Positions 7,495-17,526 of a stretch of DNA of 64,000 nucleotides are shown here, in pieces. This DNA is from Pseudomonadota bacterium. Lineage in GTDB: Bacteria > Myxococcota > JACRCW01 > JAFGSX01. The notes beneath the pieces were generated by a model, which did no database searches, was not told where the DNA came from, and was given only the letters and a program-made list of their open reading frames with translations. Within the stretch, counting starts at the first letter, position 1. The number at the start of each line of letters is the position of its first letter. The stretch is taken from positions 81,445 through 145,444 of the forward strand of contig JBDRCO010000111.1 of assembly GCA_043821645.1 (NCBI GenBank), written 5' to 3'. The translations under genes were made by a program, and so were the position numbers.

Positions 7495-10266
7495 ATGTCC
7501 ATCCGCAAGCTGCTCAGTCGCGCCGGTCCACTGGCCATCGCCTTGAGCTTCGCCCTGTTCTTTGGTGTCGTCGACTGGCTGCAGGAAGAGCGGGGTTGGC
7601 ACGACTGGTTCGGCTACAAGCTCGAGCTCAAATTGCTCGACCAGATGTTCGAATGGCGGGGACCGGTGGCTGCCGATCCCAAGGTCGTCATCGCTGCCAT
7701 CGATGAGCGCAGCCTCGAAGCCTACGGTCAGTGGGGTAGCTGGCGTCGCACACTGTTCAAGCTCGGTCTGGATCGCCTTCGGGCCGCCGGTGCGGACACC
7801 ATAGGCTGGGACATCGTGTTCGCTGGACCCCGCCAGTACACCGACACCTCCATGGGGCAGCGCCTCGAGAACATCCTGCGCGATATCGATCCCGGAGCCA
7901 CTTCGGAGGGGCTCGGTACGGGTTTCGCGGAGGTCGGAGCGTCCCTCGACCACGCCACGGACGCCCAGAAGAAGGCCACGCTTTCGGGCGACGAACTGCG
8001 CCGGCTCGATGCTTCGGTCAAGGAACGGCATCGCAGCGGCATGCTCGCTGCCGGCAGCGACACTGCCCGAGCCAGGCAGCGTCTGGATGGTCTGCAGCAG
8101 CTTTCCCAGCGCTTCGTCAGCAAGACCGAGGCCCTGGTCGAGAACATCCGCCAGGAGGCCGAGGGCGAGAGCCCGGATCAGACCCTGGCCGAGGGCATCG
8201 AGGAGCATTCTGGCAACACGGTGCTCGGCTTCATTGCGCTGTTCGAGGAGGAGGAAGAGGAGCTGTCGCGGCCCGACGTGTCCGACCTCAACTTCTGCCG
8301 CGTGGCCAGCTCGGCCCTGGACAGCATTGCCGTGGGCTGGGGCTTGCCCGGTGAGGGTGAGCAGGTTGCGGTCCCCATCTTCAAGGAGAACTCGAAGCCG
8401 GGCTTGCAGACGCTGATCCCCAAGGTCAAGGGAGGCTTCGTCTCACCGAATCCCGAGTTCGCCAACGCCGCCCAGAATCTGGGCACCTTTGCCCTCAATC
8501 CTGACCCTGACGGCGTGTGCCGCCGCCTGCCCTTGCTGGTCTACTACACCACCGCGGCGCCGCCGCGGCCGGCCTGGACCGAGGAGTGTACCTACGAGGT
8601 GGGCAACTTCATGTTGCCCTCGCTGGCCCTGAGCACAGCCTCGCAGCTGCTGGAGGCGCCACCTGTTCCGATCGTGCATCCCATCTTCAAGCGCGGCATC
8701 CAGTCGGTCAGCTTCTCGGTGTCCCGCGATGTGATCGAGCGCCTGTGCCGGCTTCGCAAGGGGACGATGGACGACGCGACGCTGCAGGACTGCGTGCGCA
8801 GCTTTCCGGGCGAACGCATCGCCGACAGCGTGGTCATCGACCTGCCAACCACACCCACCGGCGAGATGCTGGTCAACTACTATGGACCCGAGAAGACGAC
8901 CTTCCCGCGCATCTCATACTCCGACGTCGTCGCTGGCACCTTCAAGCCCGAGCTGGTCAAGGGCAAGGTGGTGCTGGTCGCCGCCACCGCCATCGCCACC
9001 CACGATCAACGCGTCACACCCTTCAGCGCCTTCGCACCTGGTGTCGAGGTTCACGCCGCTGCGATCCAGAACATCATCGACGGCCGCTTCTTGTCCCGAC
9101 ACCCCCTGGCCATCCCCTTCGAGTTGCTGTTCATGCTCTCGGTGGCCTTGCTCCTCGGGCTGCTGTTGCGCCGGGTCAGCGTGCCCATAGGCATCGGCGT
9201 GACCCTGGCGATCGCGGTGGCCTACTGGGCCATCAACACCTTCGTGCTGTTCCGGCAGGGCTACTGGTTTTACCTGGTGCTGCCTTTCTTGCAGATCTTC
9301 CTGACCTGGGCCGGCATCACGGTGTTCGGGTACCTGGTCGAGGGTCGCGAGAAAAAGCGGATCACGGCGCAGTTCGGGACCTACGTGTCACCCGATTACG
9401 TCAGGGAACTCATCGACAACCCCGACGTGATCGGCCTCTCCGGCGCCGAACGTGAGATGAGCGTGCTGTTCTCGGACATCCGCGGTTTCACGACCATGAG
9501 CGAGCGGCTGGCCCCTGAGGAGCTCACGCGCTTCCTCAACGAGTACCTCACGCCCATGACCTACTGCCTGCAGCGCAACCAGGGCACGCTCGACAAGTAC
9601 ATGGGCGACGCCATCATGGCCTTCTTCGGTGCGCCCAAGTGGTTCGACGACCACCCCGTCAAGGCCTGCCTGACGGCGATCGAGATGATGGACGAACTCA
9701 GAGACCTTCGAAAGAAGTGGCGCAGCGAGGGCAAGCCCGACATCGACATCGGCATAGGGATCAACTCGGGCAAGATGCGCGTCGGCAACATGGGCTCCGA
9801 GGCCATGCGCAACTACACCGTGCTCGGCGACAACGTCAACCTGGGTTCCCGGCTCGAGGGCCTCAACAAGCAGTACGCCACCAACATCATCGCCAGCCAG
9901 ACCACCTTCGAGGCGGCTGGAGCGTTGATCTACGGTCGCGAGCTCGACTCGGTGGCGGTCAAGGGCAAGAAGGAGCCGGTGCGCATCTTCGAGGTCATGG
10001 GCCGCGGCCGGCCCGTGGACTGGCAAGCCGAGCTCATTGGCGCCTTCGAGCGAGGTCTCGTGGCCTACCGCAAGCAGGAGTGGGAGGAGGCCCTGGAGCT
10101 GTTCAAGACCTGCCTGCGCATTCGCAAGGAGGCCACGGGAACCCCCGACGGTTGCAGCCACATGTACCTCGAGCGCGTGCACCTGCTGCAGAAGAATCCC
10201 CCCCGGCCCGGACTGGGACGGGGTGTGGAAGATGACCACCAAGTAGCGATCACGACGCCGAGGTGA
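7495..10266 (+). CDS. CHASE2-domain class III adenylate cyclase (3 TM helices, C-terminal TPR-like region); C-terminus frameshifted
   Basis: CHASE2 motifs: VIAAIDERSL, DIVF, DPDGVCRR, PGVEVHAAAIQNI. Cyclase motifs: LFSDIRGFT, DKYMGDAIMAFF, GIGIN.G, YTVLGDNVNLGSRLEG. The Lys points to ATP specificity. Confidence 0.93.
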   Translation: MSIRKLLSRAGPLAIALSFALFFGVVDWLQEERGWHDWFGYKLELKLLDQMFEWRGPVAADPKVVIAAIDERSLEAYGQWGSWRRTLFKLGLDRLRAAGADTIGWDIVFAGPRQYTDTSMGQRLENILRDIDPGATSEGLGTGFAEVGASLDHATDAQKKATLSGDELRRLDASVKERHRSGMLAAGSDTARARQRLDGLQQLSQRFVSKTEALVENIRQEAEGESPDQTLAEGIEEHSGNTVLGFIALFEEEEEELSRPDVSDLNFCRVASSALDSIAVGWGLPGEGEQVAVPIFKENSKPGLQTLIPKVKGGFVSPNPEFANAAQNLGTFALNPDPDGVCRRLPLLVYYTTAAPPRPAWTEECTYEVGNFMLPSLALSTASQLLEAPPVPIVHPIFKRGIQSVSFSVSRDVIERLCRLRKGTMDDATLQDCVRSFPGERIADSVVIDLPTTPTGEMLVNYYGPEKTTFPRISYSDVVAGTFKPELVKGKVVLVAATAIATHDQRVTPFSAFAPGVEVHAAAIQNIIDGRFLSRHPLAIPFELLFMLSVALLLGLLLRRVSVPIGIGVTLAIAVAYWAINTFVLFRQGYWFYLVLPFLQIFLTWAGITVFGYLVEGREKKRITAQFGTYVSPDYVRELIDNPDVIGLSGAEREMSVLFSDIRGFTTMSERLAPEELTRFLNEYLTPMTYCLQRNQGTLDKYMGDAIMAFFGAPKWFDDHPVKACLTAIEMMDELRDLRKKWRSEGKPDIDIGIGINSGKMRVGNMGSEAMRNYTVLGDNVNLGSRLEGLNKQYATNIIASQTTFEAAGALIYGRELDSVAVKGKKEPVRIFEVMGRGRPVDWQAELIGAFERGLVAYRKQEWEEALELFKTCLRIRKEATGTPDGCSHMYLERVHLLQKNPPRPGLGRGVEDDHQVAITTPR

Positions 10267-10341
10267 GGAGAAGGCGTCTGCGACACCTCGCGACCTTCCA
10301 GACCATGACGGCAAGGGATGGCCGCCCCACCAGGCCCGCGC

Positions 10342-12177
10342 TCAGTGATCGAGGGCAATGCGCAGGTGCTTGCGCACGCAGCGCAGCGTCGCATCATCCG
10401 TGGCCGCATCGGCCAGCACCCAGCGCACGCTCTCGCCCTGCAGATCGACCAGAGCCATCACGCCATAGGCCGTGACGACGGGATCGCGGTGCTCACGCAT
10501 GCGCGCGTAGGTGTTGTACAGGCCCTTGGCCCGACACGCCCACAACACGTAGGCGGCTTCCTGGGGAGGCAGCTCGGGTTGACCCAGCAGGCCCTCCAGG
10601 CTCTGGGGGATGCGCTGGCCAATGGAGATCAGGGCTTCGAGGATGCGCTCGGGCAGGCCAAAGGCCGCGTGGCTCGGAGTATCAAACAGGGGACGTGGGT
10701 CCTGCGTGTGCGCCTCGGCCAGGGCCTTGAGAAGTGGCTCCACGGCTTCTTCACTGCCGATCCGACCCAGGGCATAGGCCGCACTGACTTGCAGTTCCGG
10801 GTCCTTGCTGCTGGCCAGCGCCTCGATGAGCAGTGCGCGGGATTCCAGGTCCGCCAGGTCGGCCAGCTCGCGCGCTGCCCGCGGTGCCCAGACGCTGGCG
10901 GCCATGGGGGCGAGCAGTTCACGCATCCGAGGTACGACCTGATCCCGGGTCAGGCTCTGTTCTCCGCCACTCTCCAGTGAGAGCACGTAGCCTGGCGCGG
11001 TGCTGGCAATGCCCGTGACGCCGAAATTCTGACCGCGCCGTTCAGGCCAGGGCGCGCGCAGCGAAGTGGTCACGGCGGGCCTAAAAGCTTCAAAGGCAGT
11101 CAGGGCTGTCTCTATTTCCTGCACCAGCTCGGCCGGCGCGTGGCGATCCTTGGCCCGGCGCAGCAGCTTGCGGTAGGCCAGCAGAACCTTGCGACGCAGC
11201 GCGCTTTCCTCAGGTGCGAGGTAGGCCTCCAGCAGTGGTGAGCGGCTCAGATCAAGTTCCCGGGTCGGAGGTCCCAGGCTCATGCCACGCAGGCTGTTCG
11301 GTGCAGAGGTCACCCTGCGGTAAAAGAAGTCCGACATCCCCACCATGCGAAGCATCGCACGCAGACCATCCACACCCTGATCCAGCTGCAGCACCTCGCG
11401 ATACGCATCCTCGGCCATCGCACGCAGCGCCGCATTGTGTTCGGCCTCGCTGCGCGCGCGCTGCTGGTCCCCGAGGCGCGCCAGGCAGGTGTCGTCGGAG
11501 CGGTAGTCCTGTTCGTGGGCCTCACCGACGCAGAAGTGGGATTCGAGCACCAGCCCCCTGGCCTCGGAACGCCAGGGTGCGGTGACGCTGGCGGCCAGGG
11601 GCACCACCGCCGCGCACGCAGTTCTGGCTGCGACGACCTCATGGCGCGTCAGCGCGCTCCAACCCCGGCACAGCGACTGCCAGGTCAGGTACAAGGCGCG
11701 GTCCTCAAGGTCTTGCTGGGCACGCCGGGAGTCGCACAGCAGCTGCAGTGATGCGGCATCGCCGGCCGTGCGCAGGTGCTCCGCCTCGACCTGCAAGGCC
11801 TGGAGCTTGTCACCGGTCGCTGGTGCGCTGGTCGGGCCTGTCGACGTAGCGGTGTCGGATTCTCGCCTCTGCGCAGGCAGGGGTGCTGTGGCTGCGGGTG
11901 CGGGGGAAGGCGTGCGACGCCTGGGTGTGGCGGGCTGCGGGACCGCGGCAGGTGGAGCAGAAGACGCCGGGGGTGAAGCAGGCGCTGCGGTGGATGCCGC
12001 AGGCGTGGCCACGGGTGGTGTGGCCTGGGCCTCCGCCGGGGGAGCTGCCACACGGCTCGGCACGGCCGGAGCACTGCTCGGGGTCTTGGGCTCCTCCTGG
12101 GCCCTTGTCGTCGACGTCAGGACCCAGGCCAGGAGGACCAGGACCCAGGCGCGATACCTCTGCACCCGCTGGCTCAT
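10342..12177 (-). CDS. Exported protein with a Pro/Ala linker, helical repeats and C-terminal HEAT/PBS-lyase repeats
   Basis: Signal peptide ..TTRA-Q. HEAT motif ALLIEALASSKDPELQVSAAYALGRIGSEEAVEPLLKAL. Confidence 0.65.
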   Translation of the reverse strand: MSQRVQRYRAWVLVLLAWVLTSTTRAQEEPKTPSSAPAVPSRVAAPPAEAQATPPVATPAASTAAPASPPASSAPPAAVPQPATPRRRTPSPAPAATAPLPAQRRESDTATSTGPTSAPATGDKLQALQVEAEHLRTAGDAASLQLLCDSRRAQQDLEDRALYLTWQSLCRGWSALTRHEVVAARTACAAVVPLAASVTAPWRSEARGLVLESHFCVGEAHEQDYRSDDTCLARLGDQQRARSEAEHNAALRAMAEDAYREVLQLDQGVDGLRAMLRMVGMSDFFYRRVTSAPNSLRGMSLGPPTRELDLSRSPLLEAYLAPEESALRRKVLLAYRKLLRRAKDRHAPAELVQEIETALTAFEAFRPAVTTSLRAPWPERRGQNFGVTGIASTAPGYVLSLESGGEQSLTRDQVVPRMRELLAPMAASVWAPRAARELADLADLESRALLIEALASSKDPELQVSAAYALGRIGSEEAVEPLLKALAEAHTQDPRPLFDTPSHAAFGLPERILEALISIGQRIPQSLEGLLGQPELPPQEAAYVLWACRAKGLYNTYARMREHRDPVVTAYGVMALVDLQGESVRWVLADAATDDATLRCVRKHLRIALDH

Positions 12178-12184
12178 GATGCGG

Positions 12185-12466
12185 TCACCCCCACCCAAGA
12201 CAGGCCCTCAGCATGGTCGAACTCATCAGGAGCAGCAGTAAAAGCACTGCCACGATGGCCACGATGCGGTCGGCAAGCCGGCGCCGGGGAGGTTTGTCTG
12301 TCCGTGCGGGAAGCACCTGCAGCAGCAGGTAAGCCGGAGGTCCACCCAGGGCGCAGGCGAACAACCAGAATTCGGGGTCGCGCCGCCTCTCCTGGGCAAG
12401 GCGCTGGCCTGCAACCCCGGACAGGGGCCACACCAGCAACATCACCATCAGGACAACGAAGCTCAC
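12185..12466 (-). CDS. Small membrane protein (3 hydrophobic segments)
   Basis: Hydrophobic 93-aa ORF packed between co-oriented genes. A..R.R.P.FW....LGG pattern. Confidence 0.55.
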   Translation of the reverse strand: MSFVVLMVMLLVWPLSGVAGQRLAQERRRDPEFWLFACALGGPPAYLLLQVLPARTDKPPRRRLADRIVAIVAVLLLLLLMSSTMLRACLGWG

Positions 12467-12490
12467 GATTGGCGCAAGCGGCTGGCCGCA

Positions 12491-13636
12491 CTACGGGGTC
12501 TCGGGCGCGGGCTCCTTGGCCGGGGCCTTTTCGGCGGGAGCGGCCTCTCCAGGACGCAGGCGATGCACCTTGTACATGGCCTGCTTGCCCTTGATGCGCA
12601 GCAGCCCGGCCATGCCGATGGACTCGGTGCCGTCGAGCAGGGGCCAGCGCACGGCGTCTGCAGGGCCGGGATTGAGGTAGAGCTCGGACACGTAGGTGTC
12701 TGCCCGGATCTCCTCTTTGCCCGTCAGATCCGTGGCCTTGCCGCCGGCCTCGTGGATGTTGCCGAACATGCCGAAGTGAATCTTGTTGGTGGTCAGGAAC
12801 TTGGCCAGCACAGGGTCGCCCACATTGACGCCCTCGTGGATGCGGTCGATGCCCGTGCTGCTCTCCTGCCGAGGCGGACCGTGGGAGGCCAGCACCGCGG
12901 TGGAACTCGCCAGGCTCATCAGGGTGGTCAGAGCGGACACGTCTTCGGGCGTGTAGCGGCATCCATCCTGCGAGTGAATGTAGGCAGGATTGAAGTAACC
13001 CGGCAGGCTGATCAGGCTCGCGTCGTCGGCGTTGTAGACGCGAATCTGGTTCATGTTGACGAGGTTGCTGTGCTCCGGGCTGACCGCGTCAAAGGCCTTG
13101 GTGAAATCGGTGAGGCCCTCGCGATTACCGATCATGAGCAGGACCGGTCCAGGAAACTGTGCCAGGGCGCGCATCACGCTCTCGATCGAGGGCTGGCTCT
13201 CTCCCAGGTCACCCGTGACCACCAGGGCGTCAGCCTTCTCGGCGATCAGCCACTGCAGGAGGCGCTTGACGTTGCCCAGGTTCTCGGGCGTGTCCTCCTT
13301 GACGTCGGTGATCTGGCCAAAGGTGTACACGTCGTCGGCATCGGCGGTCTTCGAGGTCAACACGTCGCCGGCGCGCCGGAACGCTTGCCCGGCGATGGTC
13401 AGGTCCGCGTCGTCGCCCGTGGCCTTGAAGGGCTTGAGGCAGGACGGCTGCTTGGCATCCTCAGGGCTCACGGCCAGCGGGTCCTCGTCGGCCGGCTGGG
13501 ATGCCGCTGGCGTCGTGGCGGGTCCGGGCGTGGGGGTCGGGTCGGCGGGTGGCGGAGCGTCCTTCTTGGGGCAGCCCAAGGCAACGGCCAGCAGCGCCGT
13601 GCAGCCGAGCAGAACAACAGGACGAGAGAAGGTCAT
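12491..13636 (-). CDS. Calcineurin-like metallophosphoesterase lipoprotein with atypical metal ligands
   Basis: Lipobox ALG-C. Motifs TDVKE, VTGDL, IGNRE, SHGPP and FGNIHE. Confidence 0.75.
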   Translation of the reverse strand: MTFSRPVVLLGCTALLAVALGCPKKDAPPPADPTPTPGPATTPAASQPADEDPLAVSPEDAKQPSCLKPFKATGDDADLTIAGQAFRRAGDVLTSKTADADDVYTFGQITDVKEDTPENLGNVKRLLQWLIAEKADALVVTGDLGESQPSIESVMRALAQFPGPVLLMIGNREGLTDFTKAFDAVSPEHSNLVNMNQIRVYNADDASLISLPGYFNPAYIHSQDGCRYTPEDVSALTTLMSLASSTAVLASHGPPRQESSTGIDRIHEGVNVGDPVLAKFLTTNKIHFGMFGNIHEAGGKATDLTGKEEIRADTYVSELYLNPGPADAVRWPLLDGTESIGMAGLLRIKGKQAMYKVHRLRPGEAAPAEKAPAKEPAPETP

Positions 13637-13894
13637 GGATTCCACCCTGTGCCTGGACCTGCGAGCCAGCTGGCAGTGTGCCATCAAGCATGGCTCCCAG
13701 GCGTGGTTTGACGACGGGGCTGTAACACGGAGCACGGTGGCGCGGCAACGGAAAACCCGGAGCCTCCACGAGAGCTTGATTTCAAGGCAATGAGCCCGCC
13801 GCAGGGGGCCGATGAACTGCACTTCATGCGCTGGTTCACGGGCTGGCGCGACCACGAGGAGACGATCGGGATCTGCGAGAAGATCGGCGCCGGT

Positions 13895-14221
13895 TCAGTC
13901 AGCGCTCGTGCTGTCTGCTTCGACCTCGAATGCGCCCAGGGACTCGAGGAGCTCCTGCAGCATATCCTGGGTCTCTGAGGTGTAGGCGTACAGCAGCACG
14001 TGGTTGCCTCTGGCTTCAGCCAGGGGAGAGTCCTCCCAGTCGGTATCGTTTTCACGATCCAGCGCATATTCCTCGGAGGTCAGTCCGAAATCCTCGAACA
14101 GGTCCGGAATGTCGGACTCGTTTGCTTCCATGACCCACTGGAACCATGCATTGAGGGCGCGCGCCACTTCCGCGGCCGTGTCCGCACTGTCGAAGGTCCC
14201 GACGATCTTGACTTCCTGCAT
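13895..14221 (-). CDS. Small, highly acidic hypothetical protein
   Basis: 108 aa with protein-like composition, about 27 D/E against 4 K/R. Confidence 0.7.
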   Translation of the reverse strand: MQEVKIVGTFDSADTAAEVARALNAWFQWVMEANESDIPDLFEDFGLTSEEYALDRENDTDWEDSPLAEARGNHVLLYAYTSETQDMLQELLESLGAFEVEADSTSAD

Positions 14222-14643
14222 CCCGGTCACCGTCCAGCCGCCACTGCGTCGGTGTGGTAGCGGCGTCCATTGAACACGCTCCGACCAATGGCGAATGACT
14301 TATCCCGGTCGACCGAAAACGCAAGCCAAAAAAACCGCCGGAGCCTGAGCGAGGTACCATGCGTCGACGGATTCCTGCGCAGGGGAGGGCGAGCCGCCCG
14401 ATCAGGCCGTGGTGGAGCACCGGGTGCGCCGATTGAGCAGCACAGGATCCGGGTGACCCGGGGCACCTCTCCGGAAAAACCAATCATGTCGGGCGCCGAG
14501 TCGTACCTGAGTCTGGCACGGGGCTTGGATCGGGACAGACCATGCCCAGGCGTCGGCACATGGTACACTTTTCTGGTCGCGCAGCCTGTTCGCGGGGCGG
14601 TGCCCGCCGCTGCACCGGTGGCACACAGAGAGGGCCAGGAGAC

Positions 14644-17526
14644 ATGGGGCGAATCGGACCCTCAGCGCGCCTGCTGCCCCTGCTACTCGCAGCTCTCTAT
14701 CCCGGCTGCGAGTGCCAGGAAACGGAGTTCGTTGAACTCCAGGCCACGGCGACCCTTCCCGAGAACATCATCGATTTCGGTGAGGTCCCCGTCGGATCCG
14801 GACGCACGCTGACACGGGTCCTGCGCAATGAGGGCACTGCGGCCCTCGAGATCGCGGCGATCGCCGTGGAACCGGACAGCGGCGCGTTCTTTGTCGAGGT
14901 GGTGCCGGCTCCGGTCGCAGCCCAGAGCAGTGGCGAGGTGCGCGTCACCTTCAGGCCGGAGCGTGAGGCGAGTTACGAAGCCACGGCCAGCCTGGACACC
15001 AACGCACGCCAGGAACCACCTTCGCTGCGCCTGCTGGGACGCGGCGTCACTCCCGCCATCGAGGTGCACCCGGCCAGCATCGACTTCGGAGCGGTGGCCC
15101 TCGGCGCCAGCCGTGTGCAGGTGCTGCGCGTGCTCAACCTGCGCAGTGTGGACCAGGAGGTCTGGCTGGCCCTGCAGGACGACGGAGCCCTGCACTTCGC
15201 CGTGGACGACGGTGGCGAGGGGAGGCGCACCGTGCCCGCGGGAGGCGAGATCCGCGTCGATCTGCATTTCATCCCACGCCACGGTGGCCGCCATGGTGCA
15301 ACCCTGCGCGTGGATAGCTGTGGCGATGGTTGCGGCGTGCAGGTCCAGCTCCAGGGGCGCTGTGAGGTCCCGCGCATCGTGGTGGAGCCTTTGCTGCTGG
15401 ACTTTGGAACCCTGGCGCCAGGCGCGTCGGAGCAGCGCAGCGTGACCGTGCGCAACCTCGGCTTCGGGGATCTGCAGGTCGAGCGCATCGAGGTCGTGGC
15501 AGGTTCCCAGAGCTTTGCGGTGGAGCCCGCGTTTCAGGCCGCGATCGTGCCCGAGAACACCGAGGTTTCGGTCCTCGTCCGCTGTGCTCCCGAGACGAGC
15601 GGGACCGCCAGCGGCCGCCTGGAGATTGCGAGCAGCGACCCGGCCTCTCCGACAGGCCACGTCGAGCTCGTGGGTCGGCGCCAGGGGGCAGAGCTGCTCG
15701 CGGTGCCCGACCGACTCGAGTTTGGCATCGTGCGCGATGCCGGTCCGCATACCCGCCACGTGGTGCTGGTCAACCGCGGCGACCAGCCAGCCCAGGTGCT
15801 GGCGGGGGCTGTGCTGGGAGAAGCCTTCGAGAGCAGCCTGCTTCCCACCTGGCCTCTCGAGGTCCCCGGGGGTGGCAGTGCCGTCCTGGAGCTGAGCTTC
15901 AGCGCGGGCAACCCGGGAACCTTCTTTGGCCGCTTGTCCCTGCACAGCGACGTCGCCGAGACACCGCTGCTCGAGGTCACGCTGGCTGGCACACGCAGCG
16001 ACAGCGCCTGTGTCCTGGTCCCGGCGGTCGAGACCGTGCGCTTCGGCAACGTGATGGTGGGGAGCAGCTCGTGGCAGAACCTGATGCTGCGCAACGAGGG
16101 CAGTCAGAGCTGCACCATCCAGAGCCTGGGCTTCTCGCCGCTGCACATCAACGATCCCGCCTTCACCGTCGAGGCCCCCGTCACCACGGTGGTGGATCCG
16201 GGACAGCAGGTGCAAGCGCGTACGGTGTTCGCCCCGACCGAAAGCGGTCCGGCCAAGGCTGCGATCCAGGTGCGTCTTGAGGGTGGCGTCATGCCTCCCC
16301 TGCTGCTCGGGCTCGTCGGCAGTGGCGCCCGGGCCGGGCTCACGGCAGCTCCCCCGGTGCTCGACTTTGGCACCACCACCGCGGGGTGCGGTCAGGCCGA
16401 GCGCATCGTTGCCATCGGCAATATCGGCCAGGTCGAGGCCAACCTCGGCTTCGTGCGCCTCGAGGCACCATCGACAACTGCCTACCGGATCGTCGAGGGG
16501 GGGTGGATAGGGCGGTTGCCCCCGGGGATGAGGCACATGATTCGCGTGCGCTTCGAGCCGCAGCAGCCAGGGACCCACAGCGGACTGCTCATGGTCGAGG
16601 ACAGCGACGACGTTGCCGGCGTCGTGGTGCCGCTCAACGGCCTCGCCCTGGCCGCCAACACGGCGCACCTCACCGAGACCTTCACCGTCGCTGGGATCAG
16701 CAAGGTCGATGTTCTGTTCGTCATCGACAACTCCGGGAGCATGCTGGACAACCAGGACAACCTCGCGGCCAATTTCGACTACTTCATTCGCTCCGCGGAC
16801 ATTCTCGGACCCTCCATCAACTACCAGATCGGCGTCGTCACGACGGACGTGGCGGACCCGCAACAGTCGGGCCGACTGGTGAGCACCCCCCGCTTGATGA
16901 ACCGCAGCACACCCGACCTGACCGCGCGCTTCGGCGATTCCGTGCGCGTCGGCGCCACAGGTTCGGGCTGGGAGCAGGGTCTCGAGGCTGCCCTGCTGGC
17001 CCTCAGCCCGCCGCTCATCGACGATCCGATCTACAACGATGGCCTGCTGAGATCCGACGCTGCCCTGGCGCTGGTGGTGGTCAGCGACGAGGATGACGGC
17101 TCCCCGCAGCCCGTCGACGCGTACGTCGGGTTTCTGCTTGGCCTCAAGGCCGCCCAGGCCCTGCCGGTGCTGTTCAACGCCGTCACCGGCGGTGTCGCAG
17201 GCTGCTCCGAGGGCGAGGTGTGGGCGGATCCGGCTCCGCGCTACGACGACGCCGTGCGCCAGACCGGCGGACGCTGGATGAACCTGTGCGCCTCCGACTG
17301 GGGCAGCGAGCTCGAGAGCCTGGGTGCCAGCATCTTCCTGTCCCGGGGACGGTTTCATCTGCAGGGCCAGCCCGAGGCCGGAAGCCTGAGTGTTCGCGTC
17401 GACGGGACCGTGTTGCAGCCTGGCCAGTGGAGCTACGACGATGCCTCGCGCACGGTGATCCTCGATCCGTCTGTGGTCCCGGGTCCGGGTGCGGTGGTGG
17501 AAGTGGACTATGTGGTCACCTGCTAG
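14644..17526 (+). CDS. Lipoprotein with 6 ASH/choice-of-anchor-D domains and a C-terminal VWA domain
   Basis: YPG-CEC N-terminus. Six [DE/R]FG repeats. VWA MIDAS motif DVLFVIDNSGSM, plus IGVVTTD, EQGLEA and VVVSDEDD. AGGAG RBS. Confidence 0.85.
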   Translation: MGRIGPSARLLPLLLAALYPGCECQETEFVELQATATLPENIIDFGEVPVGSGRTLTRVLRNEGTAALEIAAIAVEPDSGAFFVEVVPAPVAAQSSGEVRVTFRPEREASYEATASLDTNARQEPPSLRLLGRGVTPAIEVHPASIDFGAVALGASRVQVLRVLNLRSVDQEVWLALQDDGALHFAVDDGGEGRRTVPAGGEIRVDLHFIPRHGGRHGATLRVDSCGDGCGVQVQLQGRCEVPRIVVEPLLLDFGTLAPGASEQRSVTVRNLGFGDLQVERIEVVAGSQSFAVEPAFQAAIVPENTEVSVLVRCAPETSGTASGRLEIASSDPASPTGHVELVGRRQGAELLAVPDRLEFGIVRDAGPHTRHVVLVNRGDQPAQVLAGAVLGEAFESSLLPTWPLEVPGGGSAVLELSFSAGNPGTFFGRLSLHSDVAETPLLEVTLAGTRSDSACVLVPAVETVRFGNVMVGSSSWQNLMLRNEGSQSCTIQSLGFSPLHINDPAFTVEAPVTTVVDPGQQVQARTVFAPTESGPAKAAIQVRLEGGVMPPLLLGLVGSGARAGLTAAPPVLDFGTTTAGCGQAERIVAIGNIGQVEANLGFVRLEAPSTTAYRIVEGGWIGRLPPGMRHMIRVRFEPQQPGTHSGLLMVEDSDDVAGVVVPLNGLALAANTAHLTETFTVAGISKVDVLFVIDNSGSMLDNQDNLAANFDYFIRSADILGPSINYQIGVVTTDVADPQQSGRLVSTPRLMNRSTPDLTARFGDSVRVGATGSGWEQGLEAALLALSPPLIDDPIYNDGLLRSDAALALVVVSDEDDGSPQPVDAYVGFLLGLKAAQALPVLFNAVTGGVAGCSEGEVWADPAPRYDDAVRQTGGRWMNLCASDWGSELESLGASIFLSRGRFHLQGQPEAGSLSVRVDGTVLQPGQWSYDDASRTVILDPSVVPGPGAVVEVDYVVTC

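Noticed and set aside
14230..14640. c-di-GMP riboswitch or sigma54 promoter in the long intergenic region
   Set aside because: The ACGCAAGCC similarity lacks the GEMM stems, and TGGCACG lacks a correctly spaced TTGC.
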